DNA from: an uncultured delta proteobacterium
GTDB taxonomy: Bacteria; Desulfobacterota; BSN033; UBA1163
DNA: 64,000 nt
NCBI GenBank assembly: GCA_963708295.1
Contig: CAVPSJ010000004.1
Span: forward strand, 608,001 to 672,000
Reading direction: 5' to 3'
A program made the position numbers and the translations under genes. Shown here piece by piece: positions 62,721 to 64,000 of the stretch (its first letter is position 1; every line of letters begins with the position of its first letter). The notes under the pieces were generated by a model, which had not been told where the DNA came from, ran no database searches, and worked only from the letters and a program-made list of their open reading frames with translations.

Positions 62721-63086
62721 ATGGCAAGTAAGATTTGTATTGTCGATCACGATCTAGCCAGTCGAGGTTACTTAAGAGAATGTTTGGAGAGAGAAGGTCA
62801 TCAGGTTATCACATTAGATAGCGGCTATCAGATCAAACCTTACCTTTCTAAAGAATATCTCAATATCCTCATCCTCAACATTGAAAGCCCCGGGGTTAAA
62901 GAAAAGGGGCTGCTGTTCGAGATCCAGAAGTCCTGCCGGCCGAGAATCCTGCTGATTGTTTCGGAAAGGCAGGACCCCTTCCTCAAAGAGGCCATCGATG
63001 CGGGCGTGTATGGTTTTATTCATAGACCTTTTAACCTCAAAGAGGTCTGCACGATGGTCGACCATCTGACCCGATCATGTAACTGA
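62721..63086 (+). CDS. Atypical single-domain receiver protein
   Basis: ICIVDHD, ILILNIESP (Asn at the phospho-Asp site), FIHRPF (Arg for the conserved Lys). Confidence 0.7.
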   Translation: MASKICIVDHDLASRGYLRECLEREGHQVITLDSGYQIKPYLSKEYLNILILNIESPGVKEKGLLFEIQKSCRPRILLIVSERQDPFLKEAIDAGVYGFIHRPFNLKEVCTMVDHLTRSCN

Positions 63087-63403
63087 TAAAATTCCAAACC
63101 CGAAGCACGCCCAAGGACCAATTGGTTAAATCCTAAACTCGAAACCCTAAACTCTAAACAAACCCAAATGTCCCTGCCTGCCGGCAGGCACAAAACTCAA
63201 AACCGTATAACTTAGAAAATAGTCGATTCAATTGTTGAGAAATCAAAATTACCTTTTGAGTTTTATATTTTGGATTTATTTGGGATTTAGAGTTCAGTGT
63301 TTAGAGTTTTATACCATTTTGGATTTTTTGTGGCCCGAATCTCCCCGGCTGTGATAGAATGGAGTGTCGCTGGAATCCGTAAAGAGTAAGGAGCTATTCG
63401 TTC

Positions 63404-64000
63404 ATGGACGATTTATGGAAGGGTGTGCCGGAATTTCCCCGGTTTAATGAATTAACCCTCGAAGACAAACCTCTCCTCGATCAACTCTTCGGCCGCTTCC
63501 CTCCTGTGATCTCAGAGTTTACCTTTACCAACCTTTTCATCTGGCGACATGTCTATCGGACCAAAGTCAGTCGTTTCGGGAATCTCCTCTGCCTCCTGTC
63601 CGAGCGGGGACAGGATTCGTTTTTCTTTCCTCCGGTTGGAGAAGGAAATGTAATAGAATGTTTTCAGAGTCTACTGCAATACCTTGGCGGAAAAGGTCTA
63701 CCTCTTAAAATCGCCCGTGTCCCGGAAGCCCTGGTGACTCAGATCGATTGGAAGGCATCGGGAATGAAGGCCGAGCTGGATCGAAGCCAATGCGATTACA
63801 TCTATCTGGTTCAAGAGATGGTTGATTTGAAAGGCAGAAAATATCACCGGAAGAGGAATCATATCAAACAATTTCAGGAAAAATATTCCTTCCAGTATAT
63901 TCCCCTCACTCCGGAGTGGGTTCCGCAGTGCCTCCAGCTGCAAACCGAGTGGTGTGATCTCAGGGATTGCGAGGCGAATCCAGGATTGCACAATGAATCC
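63404..64000 (+). CDS. DUF2156 (phosphatidylglycerol lysyltransferase-like GNAT) protein, truncated by the window end
   Basis: Manual translation: ISEFTFTNLFIWR, FFPPVG, DYIY...LKGRKYHRKRNHIKQF. Confidence 0.8.
   Translation, partial: MDDLWKGVPEFPRFNELTLEDKPLLDQLFGRFPPVISEFTFTNLFIWRHVYRTKVSRFGNLLCLLSERGQDSFFFPPVGEGNVIECFQSLLQYLGGKGLPLKIARVPEALVTQIDWKASGMKAELDRSQCDYIYLVQEMVDLKGRKYHRKRNHIKQFQEKYSFQYIPLTPEWVPQCLQLQTEWCDLRDCEANPGLHNES

Overview
Bacterial chromosomal window; gene content (multiheme cytochromes, sigma54 promoters, selenoproteins) suggests an anaerobic deltaproteobacterial/Desulfobacterota-type organism (inference). 1-23 kb and 48-64 kb are housekeeping/metabolic: amino-acid enzymes, rex, a cytochrome cluster, groESL, an RND pump and sigma54 signalling. 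About 23-47.7 kb is an accessory/defence region with four toxin-antitoxin loci, rmuC, a Gabija-like pair, a type I R-M operon interrupted by a REP/RAYT element, and a DUF3800 gene. Highlights the ORF track misses: (1) a MerB-like organomercurial-lyase homologue with both catalytic cysteines encoded as in-frame UGA, each followed by a SECIS-like hairpin (29019-29729, minus); (2) a secreted UshA-like CGU selenoprotein fused to a tetraheme cytochrome c inside a rex/18-heme/CbcL-like cluster (8289-9881); (3) a small structured RNA converging on DUF3800; (4) an intact 242-bp MITE with 8-bp target duplication; (5) three small ORFs, two with sigma54 promoters; (6) a cassette-like array with shared junction repeats and a duplicated promoter. 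Single-base frameshifts cluster in 28-46 kb and may be assembly errors. All family calls come from motif recognition by eye; no searches were run.
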